Assembly: GCA_036649955.1 (NCBI GenBank)
Contig: JAVWAR010000001.1
Location: 1 to 37,586 of the forward strand
Length of the DNA: 37,586 nt
Origin: Clostridia bacterium
GTDB taxonomy: Bacteria > Bacillota > Clostridia > Christensenellales > UBA1242
Reading direction: 5' to 3'
Shown here: positions 9,086-17,734 of the stretch, in pieces
How the letters are laid out: the number at the start of each line of letters is the position of its first letter
How positions within the stretch are numbered: position 1 is the stretch's first letter
The notes under the pieces: model-generated
What the model was told of the DNA's origin: nothing
What the model saw: only the letters and a program-made list of their open reading frames with translations
Databases searched by the model: none
Translations under genes and position numbers: made by a program

Positions 9086-9109
9086 AAAAAAGTAGCAATG
9101 CTACTTTTT
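9086..9109 (-). terminator. Intrinsic terminator after secG
   Basis: aaaaagtagc / gctacttttt with loop aat. Overlaps the secG stop codon, and the A-run supplies the U-tract on the minus strand. Confidence 0.6.
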
Positions 9110-9428
9110 AAACACCTGCATAAATTGAATTAAGAATTAAGAATGCAATACAACATACAAGAAGTATAGATGCTACCCAAATGGTTAGTTTCTTTACTTT
9201 TCCCTGTAATGATTGTCCTTTATTTCTATTATAGAAAGTATCAGATTCCCCAGTAACACCGGCAATACCATTAGTATTACCCTTTTGAGAAATAACCGCA
9301 ACTATCATAATGATAGATAATAACAATATAATGACAGCAAGTATTATCTTAATAATAGGAAATGATTTAACAATCCAATCTGCCTGTGGAGCATCAGCCG
9401 ATGCGCTCAATAATAAATTCATAAACAT
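9108..9428 (-). CDS. secG: Preprotein translocase subunit SecG, with a roughly 25-aa N-terminal extension
   Basis: Two TM helices around ISQKGNTNGIAGVTGESDTFYNRNKGQSLQGKVKKLT, matching the SecG loop pattern (LLQ.GKG.G..G....F.....G....L..T). Sits downstream of gpmI, as secG does in many Firmicutes. The track start is GTG; ATG 9428 has AAGGGGA 8 nt upstream. Confidence 0.6.
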   Translation of the reverse strand: MFMNLLLSASADAPQADWIVKSFPIIKIILAVIILLLSIIMIVAVISQKGNTNGIAGVTGESDTFYNRNKGQSLQGKVKKLTIWVASILLVCCIAFLILNSIYAGV

Positions 9429-9495
9429 ATAAGTAATCCCCTTAAAACAAAATAATTGTAACACATAAATTTTATATTTGCAATCAAAACTTTAA

Positions 9496-9723
9496 TTATT
9501 TTTTTAGTACAACAGCAATAATTAAGACGATTCCTGTTATAATCGCAAAAGTATAAACAATGTTCGCAATTATATGGTTAGAAACGGTTCTACCTTTCCC
9601 TCTTGCATCCATAACCATGAGTACCAAAAAGAACATAAACAAGGCAAGATTTACCATAGTAAAACTTTTTTCCGTTGCCGTTTGAGCAAGCAAAATACTA
9701 AAATTTGTAAGTAAACCCGTCAT
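9496..9723 (-). CDS. Small hydrophobic membrane protein, unknown function
   Basis: 75 aa, 2-3 predicted TM segments, GAGGA RBS 7 nt upstream. No motif recognised. Confidence 0.5.
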   Translation of the reverse strand: MTGLLTNFSILLAQTATEKSFTMVNLALFMFFLVLMVMDARGKGRTVSNHIIANIVYTFAIITGIVLIIAVVLKK

Positions 9724-9757
9724 ATTTTTTCCTCTGATTTAATTATATACCCAAAGA

Positions 9758-11290
9758 CTATAATTTGTCAACTTTAACAATTAAACTTCTACCAGTCATT
9801 TCTTTTGGCTGTTTTTCATTAAATAAATCAAGAATTGTTGGTGCAACATCTGCAAGCGTGCCTGATTCTTTTAATTCATATTTAATCCCTTTCTCAATTA
9901 TCATAAATGGTACTTTCGCAACTGAATGAGAAGAACATGCCGTTCCATCTGCATATTTCATTGTATCTGCGTTCCCATGATCTGCAACAATTATGATACG
10001 TGCATTACACGAAAGTACAGTATCAACAATTTCTTTCACTACTTCATCAACGACTTGAATTGCTTTTTTGGTAGCATCAAAGTTTCCTGAATGTCCAACC
10101 ATATCAGGGTTCGCAATATTTATTGCAACAAAATCATATTTGTTTGAAGAAATAGCATTAATTGCCACTTTTGAAACTTTTCTAGCACTCATTTCAGGAC
10201 ACGATGCGTAACTTTCAAGTTTAACAGAACTTACAATTTCTCTATCTTCATTTTTAAACGGTTCAATTCTTCCAGCATTCATGGCAAAAGTCACATATGC
10301 ATATTTTTCAGTTTCAGCCGTCTTGAATTGTCTGTAACCTCTATTTGATAAAACTTCGGATAAGATATTTGTTAAAGGTATTTCATCAAACAAAACATTC
10401 AAATCTTTTTGTGAATTATCATAATTAGTCATAGTGTAAACTGAAATATTAATCTCTTTATTTGTATAACCAAGTTTATCTCCATGTTTTAAAGCATAAG
10501 ATAATTGACGTTCTCTATCAGCCCTATAATTAAAAATTATTACGACATCATTCTCTTTAATTACCGTTTCACCTTTATGTATAGGCTTTAAAAACTCATC
10601 AGTAATTCCATCTTCATATTGCATATCAATAGCATTATAAAAGTCATCTACCTGCGTCCCAAGACCTTTAAAAAGTAAATCATATGACAATTTTACTCTA
10701 TCCCAGTTTTTATCCCTGTCTAGCGCATAAGCCCTACCAATAAGTGATACCACTTCACCAGTTTTAAGTTTAATGCACTCTTCTTCAATTTCTTTTAGGT
10801 ATGTTTTAACACTTTTAATAGGAGTGTCGCGCCCATCAGCAAATGCATGAATGCAAACATTTTTAAAATCTTGCATTTTCATAAATTTCAAAAGTTCGTA
10901 TAAATGTTGAATATGTGAATGCACTCCACCATCTGAAATAAGTCCAAGAATGTGAATTTTTGAGTGTTTTTCTTTTGCTTCTCTTACGGCATTTAATAAC
11001 ACTTTATTTTTAGCAAAAGTTCCATCTTTTATAGATTTATTAATTCTTACAAGCGGTTGATAAATAGTCCTACCAGAACCTATTGTTAAATGTCCAACAT
11101 CACTAGTACCCACCTGTTTATCTGGCAAGCCCACAAATTCCTCACTCGCCTCCAAGGCAGTATAACCATATTGTTTAGCAAGTGACTGCATGAAATGCGT
11201 GTTATCTTTGGTAATTGCGCTTACTTTAATGTTTTGAGGAATTCCATAACCATCTAATATTAACAATACCGTCTGTTTATTTGCTTTCAT
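9758..11290 (-). CDS. gpmI: 2,3-bisphosphoglycerate-independent phosphoglycerate mutase
   Basis: VLLILDGYG, SDVGHLTIGSGR, ISDGGVHSH, NPDMVGHSG and ADHGNAD motifs are present. GAGGTG RBS precedes ATG 11290, so the 12-codon extension in the track was dropped. Overlaps the tpiA 3' end by 14 nt. Confidence 0.92.
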   Translation of the reverse strand: MKANKQTVLLILDGYGIPQNIKVSAITKDNTHFMQSLAKQYGYTALEASEEFVGLPDKQVGTSDVGHLTIGSGRTIYQPLVRINKSIKDGTFAKNKVLLNAVREAKEKHSKIHILGLISDGGVHSHIQHLYELLKFMKMQDFKNVCIHAFADGRDTPIKSVKTYLKEIEEECIKLKTGEVVSLIGRAYALDRDKNWDRVKLSYDLLFKGLGTQVDDFYNAIDMQYEDGITDEFLKPIHKGETVIKENDVVIIFNYRADRERQLSYALKHGDKLGYTNKEINISVYTMTNYDNSQKDLNVLFDEIPLTNILSEVLSNRGYRQFKTAETEKYAYVTFAMNAGRIEPFKNEDREIVSSVKLESYASCPEMSARKVSKVAINAISSNKYDFVAINIANPDMVGHSGNFDATKKAIQVVDEVVKEIVDTVLSCNARIIIVADHGNADTMKYADGTACSSHSVAKVPFMIIEKGIKYELKESGTLADVAPTILDLFNEKQPKEMTGRSLIVKVDKL

Positions 11291-12014
11291 TATACACCTC
11301 AATAATTTTGATAAAGTTAACGGCACTCAGGCTTGCAGAGCCAATAAGCGCACCATTTACACTTTTTATTGAAAAAATTTCTTTTGCATTTTTTTCATTT
11401 ACGCTTCCACCATAGAGAATATCAGTTTTGTTTAAATTCCTTTCATCAATAGCACAAGCGCTTTGATAAATAAAAGAACAAACTTCATCAATTTCACTTT
11501 TTGTTGGAGTTTTTCCACTACCTATTGCCCAATATGGTTCATATGCGATGATATAGTTATTACTTAAATTTTTAATTTTAGTTAAAACTTTTTCAAGTTG
11601 AGAATAAACAACCGTCTTTGTCATATTTGCATTTTTTTCTTTTAAACTTTCACCCACACATATTATTGGGACAAGTCCATTTTTAATAGCAGAAATTGTT
11701 TTTGACGCAACAATCTCATCCGTTTCATAATGCATATTTCTTCTTTCGCTGTGTCCAACAATAACATATTTGACGCCAATATCTTTTATCATATTTCCAG
11801 AAACTTCACCAGTAAAACTTCCTTCATCAAAACAAGAAACATCTTGCGCGCCAATTTCAACTCCGTCTGGCTTTAATTTTACAGCAGTTTCTAAACCAAT
11901 AAAAGATGGGCAAATTACTACATCTTTAAAATTAAAATTTGCATTTTTTAGTATTTTCATATAGTCTTTAATCTCTTTGTTTGTCTTGTTCATTTTAAAG
12001 TTGGCAACAATCAT
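11277..12014 (-). CDS. tpiA: Triosephosphate isomerase
   Basis: 245 aa with ANFKMN, VIVGHSERR, AYEPYWAIGSG and YGGSV motifs. Confidence 0.93.
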   Translation of the reverse strand: MIVANFKMNKTNKEIKDYMKILKNANFNFKDVVICPSFIGLETAVKLKPDGVEIGAQDVSCFDEGSFTGEVSGNMIKDIGVKYVIVGHSERRNMHYETDEIVASKTISAIKNGLVPIICVGESLKEKNANMTKTVVYSQLEKVLTKIKNLSNNYIIAYEPYWAIGSGKTPTKSEIDEVCSFIYQSACAIDERNLNKTDILYGGSVNEKNAKEIFSIKSVNGALIGSASLSAVNFIKIIEVYNESK

Positions 12015-12066
12015 TATTCTCTCCCTCTTAAAATTAAAGAGCAGTGCTCACGCCCGCTCTTCGTTA

Positions 12067-13254
12067 TTATTTTTTATCATTAAGCATTTCAACGCCGGGA
12101 AGGTTTTTACCCTCTAAAAATTCAAGCGTTGCTCCACCGCCAGTGGAAATATGTGTAATTCTTTCAGCATAACCAGATTCATTTACCGCTGCAACACTAT
12201 CACCACCACCAACAATACTGATAGCAGAACTCTTAGCAACTGCCTTTGCAATCTTTTTAGTACCTTTTTTAAACTTAGGGAATTCATAAACACCCATTGG
12301 TCCATTCCATACAATGGTTTTTGCTTTTTTAATTTCATTTGCAAAAATTCTTATTGTACGTTTACCAATATCCATGCCCTGATAACCTTCCGGTACAGCA
12401 AAAGCATCAACACACTTAGTTTTCGCTTTTGGCGTAAATTCCTGTGAAACTATTACATCAACAGGCAAAATAACTTTAACATTTTTCTTTTCGGCTTGTT
12501 CAAGTATTTTTTTAGCAATATCAATCTTATCCTTTTCATAACGTGACAAACCAATATTTCCGCCACTTGCAGAAATAAATGTATTTGCCATTGCACCACC
12601 AATTAAAATTACGCTAGCCTTTTCTAATAATTTTAATATTACACCAATTTTGTCAGAAACCTTTGCACCACCAAGAATGACAATAAATGGATGTTCTGGA
12701 TTATCAAGCACACCACCTATTGCATTAATTTCCTTACTCATAAGAAATCCTGCTACTGCTGGTAAATATCTTGCAACACCCGCTGTTGACGCATGCGCTC
12801 TATGAGCCGTACCAAAAGCATCATTAACATAAATATCTGCAAGCGAAGATAATTCACGAGCAAAAGCATCATCATTCTTCTCTTCTTCCGCATGAAAACG
12901 GACATTTTCTAACATAACAATGTCGCCATCTTTCATTTCAGAAACAAGTTTTTTTGCACTATCACCAATTACATCAAGAGCCATCTTTACTTCATGACCA
13001 AGCAAGACACTAAGTCTTTTGCAAACACCCGCAAGTGAAAATTTAGGATTAAACATTCCATTAGGTCTTCCTAAATGGGAACAAAGAATAATTTTTGCAT
13101 TTTGTTTTAATAAATAATTTATAGTTGGAATTGATGCACGAATTCTTGTATCATCAACAATTTTATTTGATTCATCAAGTGGAACATTAAAGTCAACACG
13201 AACAAGAACTTTTTTATGTGCGACTTCTATATCTTTAAAGGTTTGTTTATTCAT
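12067..13254 (-). CDS. pgk: Phosphoglycerate kinase
   Basis: 395 aa with [43 protein letters not shown] and STGGGA motifs. Confidence 0.95.
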   Translation of the reverse strand: MNKQTFKDIEVAHKKVLVRVDFNVPLDESNKIVDDTRIRASIPTINYLLKQNAKIILCSHLGRPNGMFNPKFSLAGVCKRLSVLLGHEVKMALDVIGDSAKKLVSEMKDGDIVMLENVRFHAEEEKNDDAFARELSSLADIYVNDAFGTAHRAHASTAGVARYLPAVAGFLMSKEINAIGGVLDNPEHPFIVILGGAKVSDKIGVILKLLEKASVILIGGAMANTFISASGGNIGLSRYEKDKIDIAKKILEQAEKKNVKVILPVDVIVSQEFTPKAKTKCVDAFAVPEGYQGMDIGKRTIRIFANEIKKAKTIVWNGPMGVYEFPKFKKGTKKIAKAVAKSSAISIVGGGDSVAAVNESGYAERITHISTGGGATLEFLEGKNLPGVEMLNDKK

Positions 13255-13302
13255 AACTTTTACCTCTTATATATTTATCATAATGAATATCATTATACTT
13301 AT

Positions 13303-13332
13303 ATGATAAATTATTTTGCTTTCATTTGTCAA
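13303..13332 (-). promoter_or_regulatory. Putative sigma-A promoter of pgk-tpiA-gpmI
   Basis: Minus strand reads TTGACA (13332-13327), 18-nt spacer, TATCAT (13308-13303). AAGAGG RBS lies upstream of the pgk ATG. Confidence 0.45.
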
Positions 13333-13368
13333 ACACTTAACGTGTTATTCTTTATTAATTAACTATTT

Positions 13369-14307
13369 TTAAAGGTTTATTGTAATTAACGAAACAATCT
13401 CAGCGGTGGATTCCGTTTTTAATAGAAGTTGTTTTAAATTACTTGAATTTTTCTCACCTTTAAGATAAGCAAGTAAGTGTCCACGCATAACAAGATTTAC
13501 ATACTTGTCATCAAAATATTTATTTAATATTTCAATATGTTTTAAAATAATTTCTTTTTTGGTTTCTTTGACATCATTGCCAAGCAACTTCGCAAAAATT
13601 TCAGGGTTTCCATACGCCCCTCTACCTATCATAACCGCATCAGCGCCAGTAATTTTTAAAAGGTTTTCTGCACTATCTTTATCTACAACATCACCATTTG
13701 CAATTACAGGAATTTTAACTGCATTTTTAACATCACGAATAATTAATGGGTCAGATTTACCAGCATAGCCCTGTTCCTTTGTTCTACCATGAATAGTTAT
13801 CGCACTTGCGCCACTATCTTCGCACATATGGGCAAATTCGACTGCATTTCGGCTATTGTCATCATAGCCCGCTCTAAACTTTACGGTGATTGGTTTATTT
13901 GTTGCAGCAACACAGGCTTTAATAATTTTGCTTGCAAGTGGTAAATTTTTCATCAACGCAGAACCCTCTTTGTTTGAAACAATTTTATTTGCAGGACAAC
14001 CCATATTAATATCAATTATATCAAATTTATCAAAAGCACCACTTAAAATAGATTGCGCCATAACCTCAGGTTCATTACCGAATATTTGCACTGCGACAGG
14101 TTTTTCATTTTCGGTCGTATTTAATAAATATTTTGTTTTTTTGCTATCATGCAATATTGCTTTTGCACTAACCATTTCAGTACAAGTTAAACCCGCACCA
14201 TAATATGATGCTAAAAATCTCAACCCCACGTCAGATATACCAGCCATTGGTGCTAGAATATATTTATTTTTAATATAAACGTTTCCTATATAAAACCCTT
14301 TTTCCAT
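13369..14307 (-). CDS. dus: tRNA-dihydrouridine synthase
   Basis: 312 aa with APMAGISD, DINMGCP and ITIHGRT motifs of the Dus family TIM barrel. Confidence 0.88.
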   Translation of the reverse strand: MEKGFYIGNVYIKNKYILAPMAGISDVGLRFLASYYGAGLTCTEMVSAKAILHDSKKTKYLLNTTENEKPVAVQIFGNEPEVMAQSILSGAFDKFDIIDINMGCPANKIVSNKEGSALMKNLPLASKIIKACVAATNKPITVKFRAGYDDNSRNAVEFAHMCEDSGASAITIHGRTKEQGYAGKSDPLIIRDVKNAVKIPVIANGDVVDKDSAENLLKITGADAVMIGRGAYGNPEIFAKLLGNDVKETKKEIILKHIEILNKYFDDKYVNLVMRGHLLAYLKGEKNSSNLKQLLLKTESTAEIVSLITINL

Positions 14308-14327
14308 AACTTTATTATACCACTTAT

Positions 14328-15878
14328 TTACTTTAAATTAATAGTATTTAAATGCTTTTTTCTTTTAAAAAATATTAAATACATAATTACATAAATAATA
14401 ATAGAAGCAAATCCAATTATTAAAAGACTAAATATTGCAGATATATTGATTGTCTTAATAATGATTGATATAAAGAATATCGTTATCGACACACAAATAG
14501 CAAACCATATACTTTTCATAATGTTTAAATTTAAGTGTTTTTTCATAATTACAATATTAATTGCACCTGCAATAAAATAACAAAATGCAGTCGCAATTTC
14601 TGCCCCGAAAATATTCACCTGACCAATGGATACAAGTAAAATAGTAAGGACTACTTTAATTGTACCACCAATGGCAAGAGAAATTAGCGGTACTTTTATT
14701 TTACCTATACCCTGTAAAATGCCCGTCGTTACTTGCACTATACTTAAATAAAAAATAGACATTGAAGCAACAGATAATATATCACTTGCAACTATAAGGT
14801 TGATATTAGAAAGGCTATTACTATATAACAACTTTATAATTTCTGGTGAAAAAATCATCATAAGAATACTGCATGGTAAAGCAATGGAAACCACGACACA
14901 AATTGCATCGCTTGCACTTTTTTCAGTACCTGCAATATCTTTGTTTGTAAAAAACCTACACACTCGTGGAAGAACCGCCATAGCAATGCCAAGCGAGATT
15001 GCAACTGGCATATTAATAAGTGAACCGACCGTACCGCTACTAAGCCCAAAAAGTTCGGTGGACGCAGTTGTTGAAAACCCTTGAAATTTTAATAAGTTTA
15101 TAATAACACTACTATCAATAAATTGTGTGAGAGGCAAAATTAAAAAGCCCAAAGTAATTGGAAATGATACATTTAATACATTTTTACTTTCTTTTAAAAA
15201 ATTGAATCCTATAATGCGTACATTTTCGTTGCTATGCTTTTTCTTAAATATAATATAATTAATAAACAAATAGAATAATGCAATGACCTCACTTAAAGAA
15301 ACTCCAATAACTGCACCCATTGAAGCATATGCAACACCTTTATCTAGTAAAAGATATGAAAAAAGCAATCCTGCCACCATTTTAACTATTTGCTCAATAA
15401 GCCCGGAAATCGCAGTTGGTCGCATGTTTTCATGTGCTTGTGCATACCCTCGAAATCCTGAAATAAGCCCCACAAAAAATATTGCAGGTGCAATGGCAAT
15501 ATATGAAAGAGTAGCATTGCTATTACCTTGAAACGAAGCAAAAACAGATGAAAATGACACAACAATCAAACTGCAAATTAATGAAAAAATAAATAGTAAA
15601 ATAAAAGACGCGCGCATTATTTTTGCAGTGCGCTTATAATCTTTCACTGCAAGACTAGCACTAACCAACTTTGAAATACTTGCAGGCAATCCAGAACTTG
15701 AAATTGTAAGCAATAACGAGTATAAAGGAAAAACTAATTGATATATTCCAATGCCCTCAGCACCCAATAATGATGTAAGAGGAATTCTGTAAATAGCACC
15801 AATAAACTTGGCAATTACACCAAGTACAGAAAGTAGCAAAACGCCCCTATAAAATTCACCTAATTTGCGCGACTTCAT
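14328..15878 (-). CDS. MOP-superfamily flippase (SpoVB/MurJ/YtgP-like polysaccharide biosynthesis protein)
   Basis: About 14 TM helices. The N-terminus KFIGAIYRIPLTSLLGAEGIGIYQLVFPLY..SSGLPASISKLVS matches the SpoVB/YtgP pattern. The track start (TTG 15896) lies in the tail of the upstream terminator, so ATG 15878 was used, but it has no clear RBS. Confidence 0.75.
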   Translation of the reverse strand: MKSRKLGEFYRGVLLLSVLGVIAKFIGAIYRIPLTSLLGAEGIGIYQLVFPLYSLLLTISSSGLPASISKLVSASLAVKDYKRTAKIMRASFILLFIFSLICSLIVVSFSSVFASFQGNSNATLSYIAIAPAIFFVGLISGFRGYAQAHENMRPTAISGLIEQIVKMVAGLLFSYLLLDKGVAYASMGAVIGVSLSEVIALFYLFINYIIFKKKHSNENVRIIGFNFLKESKNVLNVSFPITLGFLILPLTQFIDSSVIINLLKFQGFSTTASTELFGLSSGTVGSLINMPVAISLGIAMAVLPRVCRFFTNKDIAGTEKSASDAICVVVSIALPCSILMMIFSPEIIKLLYSNSLSNINLIVASDILSVASMSIFYLSIVQVTTGILQGIGKIKVPLISLAIGGTIKVVLTILLVSIGQVNIFGAEIATAFCYFIAGAINIVIMKKHLNLNIMKSIWFAICVSITIFFISIIIKTINISAIFSLLIIGFASIIIYVIMYLIFFKRKKHLNTINLK

Positions 15879-15904
15879 ATACTTAGTATGTAACAAAACA
15901 ATAA

Positions 15905-15928
15905 AAATAAAGACTTTCGTCTTTATTT
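15905..15928 (-). terminator. Intrinsic terminator after the 192-aa gene
   Basis: 10-bp stem aaataaagac / gtctttattt with a 4-nt loop. The minus transcript continues UUAUUGUUUU. Confidence 0.6.
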
Positions 15929-15944
15929 AAAAATTATCATATAA

Positions 15945-16523
15945 TTAAATGTCTTTAACAAGTACTATATCGAAACTAATTTTTGCACCAACAAGTTTTT
16001 CCTGAGCATCTGCATGCACCCATAAATACAAAGTATATAGTTTAGGAGTTTCATTTTTTGTATTGCTACCCCTAGCAATAATTGCATTTTCAGACTTTAA
16101 TGATATTGCGGGTTCTTCATCTTTAAAGGCAATCATCACATGCTCTAATGTTTGGACATTTTTATTAATTTTAACGTTTTTTAAAATGATTTTATAATTA
16201 GTATCTGCGCTAACTATAAATTTAACATAACCACCTTCCGAACCTAACCCATCTTTAATAGTAGACGGAATATGATTTTCGGCATCACAATCACCAGTAG
16301 CAGGTCTTAGTCCTGTTTTAGGAACTTCAATTTTTATGCTTGTAATTTTTTCATTTTTTTCATTGGCAAAAGACGCGCCATCAAAAGCGATTAAAGCAAC
16401 ATTCTCAATGACAATTTTTCTTTTAGGCAATAAAAATGATGAGAAACAAACACCAATAATAGTAAATACCAGGGCCACAACTATTGTAACAATTATAGTT
16501 CCAGCCGTTTTATCGTCTTTCAT
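15945..16523 (-). CDS. Membrane-anchored or secreted beta-rich protein, unknown function (tasA-like position after the signal peptidase)
   Basis: 192 aa. N-terminal hydrophobic segment GTIIVTIVVALVFTIIGVCFSSFLL, then a hydrophilic domain with alternating-residue (beta-like) stretches. GAGG RBS. No family motif recognised. Confidence 0.55.
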   Translation of the reverse strand: MKDDKTAGTIIVTIVVALVFTIIGVCFSSFLLPKRKIVIENVALIAFDGASFANEKNEKITSIKIEVPKTGLRPATGDCDAENHIPSTIKDGLGSEGGYVKFIVSADTNYKIILKNVKINKNVQTLEHVMIAFKDEEPAISLKSENAIIARGSNTKNETPKLYTLYLWVHADAQEKLVGAKISFDIVLVKDI

Positions 16524-16570
16524 ATAAACCTCAAAATAATTGTAACCATTATTATTTTATTCAAACAAAA

Positions 16571-16588
16571 AAACACATAAATGTGTTT
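16571..16588 (-). terminator. Intrinsic terminator after the signal peptidase gene
   Basis: aaacac / gtgttt stem with a 6-nt loop. The A-run at 16564-16570 gives the U-tract on the minus strand. Overlaps the stop codon. Confidence 0.55.
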
Positions 16589-17297
16589 ATTTTGTTTTAC
16601 CATGTCTTATGCTATTAGAAATTTTATAGTTAATAAAAACCAAACCAGCCATCAGAATTACAAGCATAACAAGTGCAACAATACCATATGCTGATTGCCC
16701 AAATGACAATAAATCACCAAGGAATGCAGATACGCCTATACGAGTACCAATAACATTGTTAAACTCAACAAGTTCTTTATCATAGTCAATACTATCACCA
16801 ATTTTATTATTAATACCATATGTTTTATATTTAATAAGACCATTATCATTAATAATTTCCGCAACTCTATGAGTGACAACAAGTTTATCACTTGCACGAG
16901 TAAACGTAATATCACTACCTACACTTATATCTTTAACATTGTTAACACTTTTAACAAGGATACAATCACCAGTCATAATTTGAGGTTCCATACTTTGAGA
17001 AGTAACAACATACAATCTAATACCAAAAAAATTGGGTTGTGATGCTGGCGAAAATATTGTCATTGAAAAGAAAACAAGAAATGGAATTATGCAAATAATA
17101 ATGCTCCAAATAACACAAGATAAAATTGCCTTTTTAAATTTTTGCTTTCTTTTATTTGTGTAACGGAGTTCTTTTTCTTGTTGTAAAACCTGTTCATGCC
17201 TCATTTTAACAATAGGAGAATCAGCCACTTCAATTTTTATAGTATGAAGTAACGATTTACTATTTTCACCAATTATTTCCTTTTTGTGGTTTTCCAT
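16587..17297 (-). CDS. Signal peptidase I, ER/archaeal (SipW) type, with a roughly 55-aa cytoplasmic N-terminal extension
   Basis: 236 aa. Has the Ser box VVTSQSMEPQIMTGDCILV and the His box LVVTHRV, with no Lys box of P-type SPases. Has a second C-terminal TM helix, as in SipW. Confidence 0.8.
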   Translation of the reverse strand: MENHKKEIIGENSKSLLHTIKIEVADSPIVKMRHEQVLQQEKELRYTNKRKQKFKKAILSCVIWSIIICIIPFLVFFSMTIFSPASQPNFFGIRLYVVTSQSMEPQIMTGDCILVKSVNNVKDISVGSDITFTRASDKLVVTHRVAEIINDNGLIKYKTYGINNKIGDSIDYDKELVEFNNVIGTRIGVSAFLGDLLSFGQSAYGIVALVMLVILMAGLVFINYKISNSIRHGKTK

Positions 17298-17313
17298 AAG
17301 TCCTCTATAATTT

Positions 17314-17342
17314 ATTATAATTATATCTTGCTATGCTGTCTA
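17314..17342 (-). promoter_or_regulatory. Putative sigma-A promoter of the signal peptidase gene
   Basis: Minus strand reads TAGACA (17342-17337), 17-nt spacer, TATAAT (17319-17314), then an AGAGGA RBS. Confidence 0.45.
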
Positions 17343-17363
17343 TAAAAAACCCGTTCATTAAGT

Positions 17364-17389
17364 AAAAAAATAAAAGCCCGTAGGCTTTT
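17364..17389 (-). terminator. Intrinsic terminator ending the 4-gene unit 20376-17402
   Basis: aaaagcc (17372-17378) / ggctttt (17383-17389) with a 4-nt loop. The A-run at 17364-17370 gives U7 on the minus transcript. Confidence 0.7.
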
Positions 17390-17401
17390 ATTTTTTACTA
17401 T

Positions 17402-17653
17402 TTATTTAGTTTCAGCAATTTTATCTTCAACTTTTTCTTCAACAACTTGTTGAGAAGCAATTTTTGCTTTCTTTTGAACGACAGCAACTCTCCATATAGC
17501 AATAGTGACAATTATTGCAAACACAATTATAACAGCAAGTAAAATTGCTGAAACAATATCAAATTTACGAATAATAGCACAAACAACACCAGCACCAAGA
17601 CATAGAAGCGTAGCAATTACACATAGTATTAATGATTTTTTATCCATTTCCAT
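17402..17653 (-). CDS. Small two-TM membrane protein with a charged C-terminal tail
   Basis: 83 aa counted from ATG 17653 (AGGGAG 7 nt upstream; the track start is TTG). Two hydrophobic helices, then QKKAKIASQQVVEEKVEDKIAETK. Confidence 0.5.
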   Translation of the reverse strand: MEMDKKSLILCVIATLLCLGAGVVCAIIRKFDIVSAILLAVIIVFAIIVTIAIWRVAVVQKKAKIASQQVVEEKVEDKIAETK

Positions 17654-17734
17654 AGATTTACTCCCTAACAATATATTTTTTCTTTATTATAACACATAAT
17701 TAAAAGAAATGAAATAGTTTTTGGATATAATTTT

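Noticed and set aside
12031-12066. GC-richer hairpin (AAGAGC...GCTCTT, with an alternative GAGC/GCTC pairing) between pgk and tpiA, followed by UUAAUUUU on the minus strand.
   Set aside because: The stem is only 4-6 bp with a large or ambiguous loop and an interrupted U-tract. It may be a weak attenuator or processing site, but the support is too weak to list as a feature.
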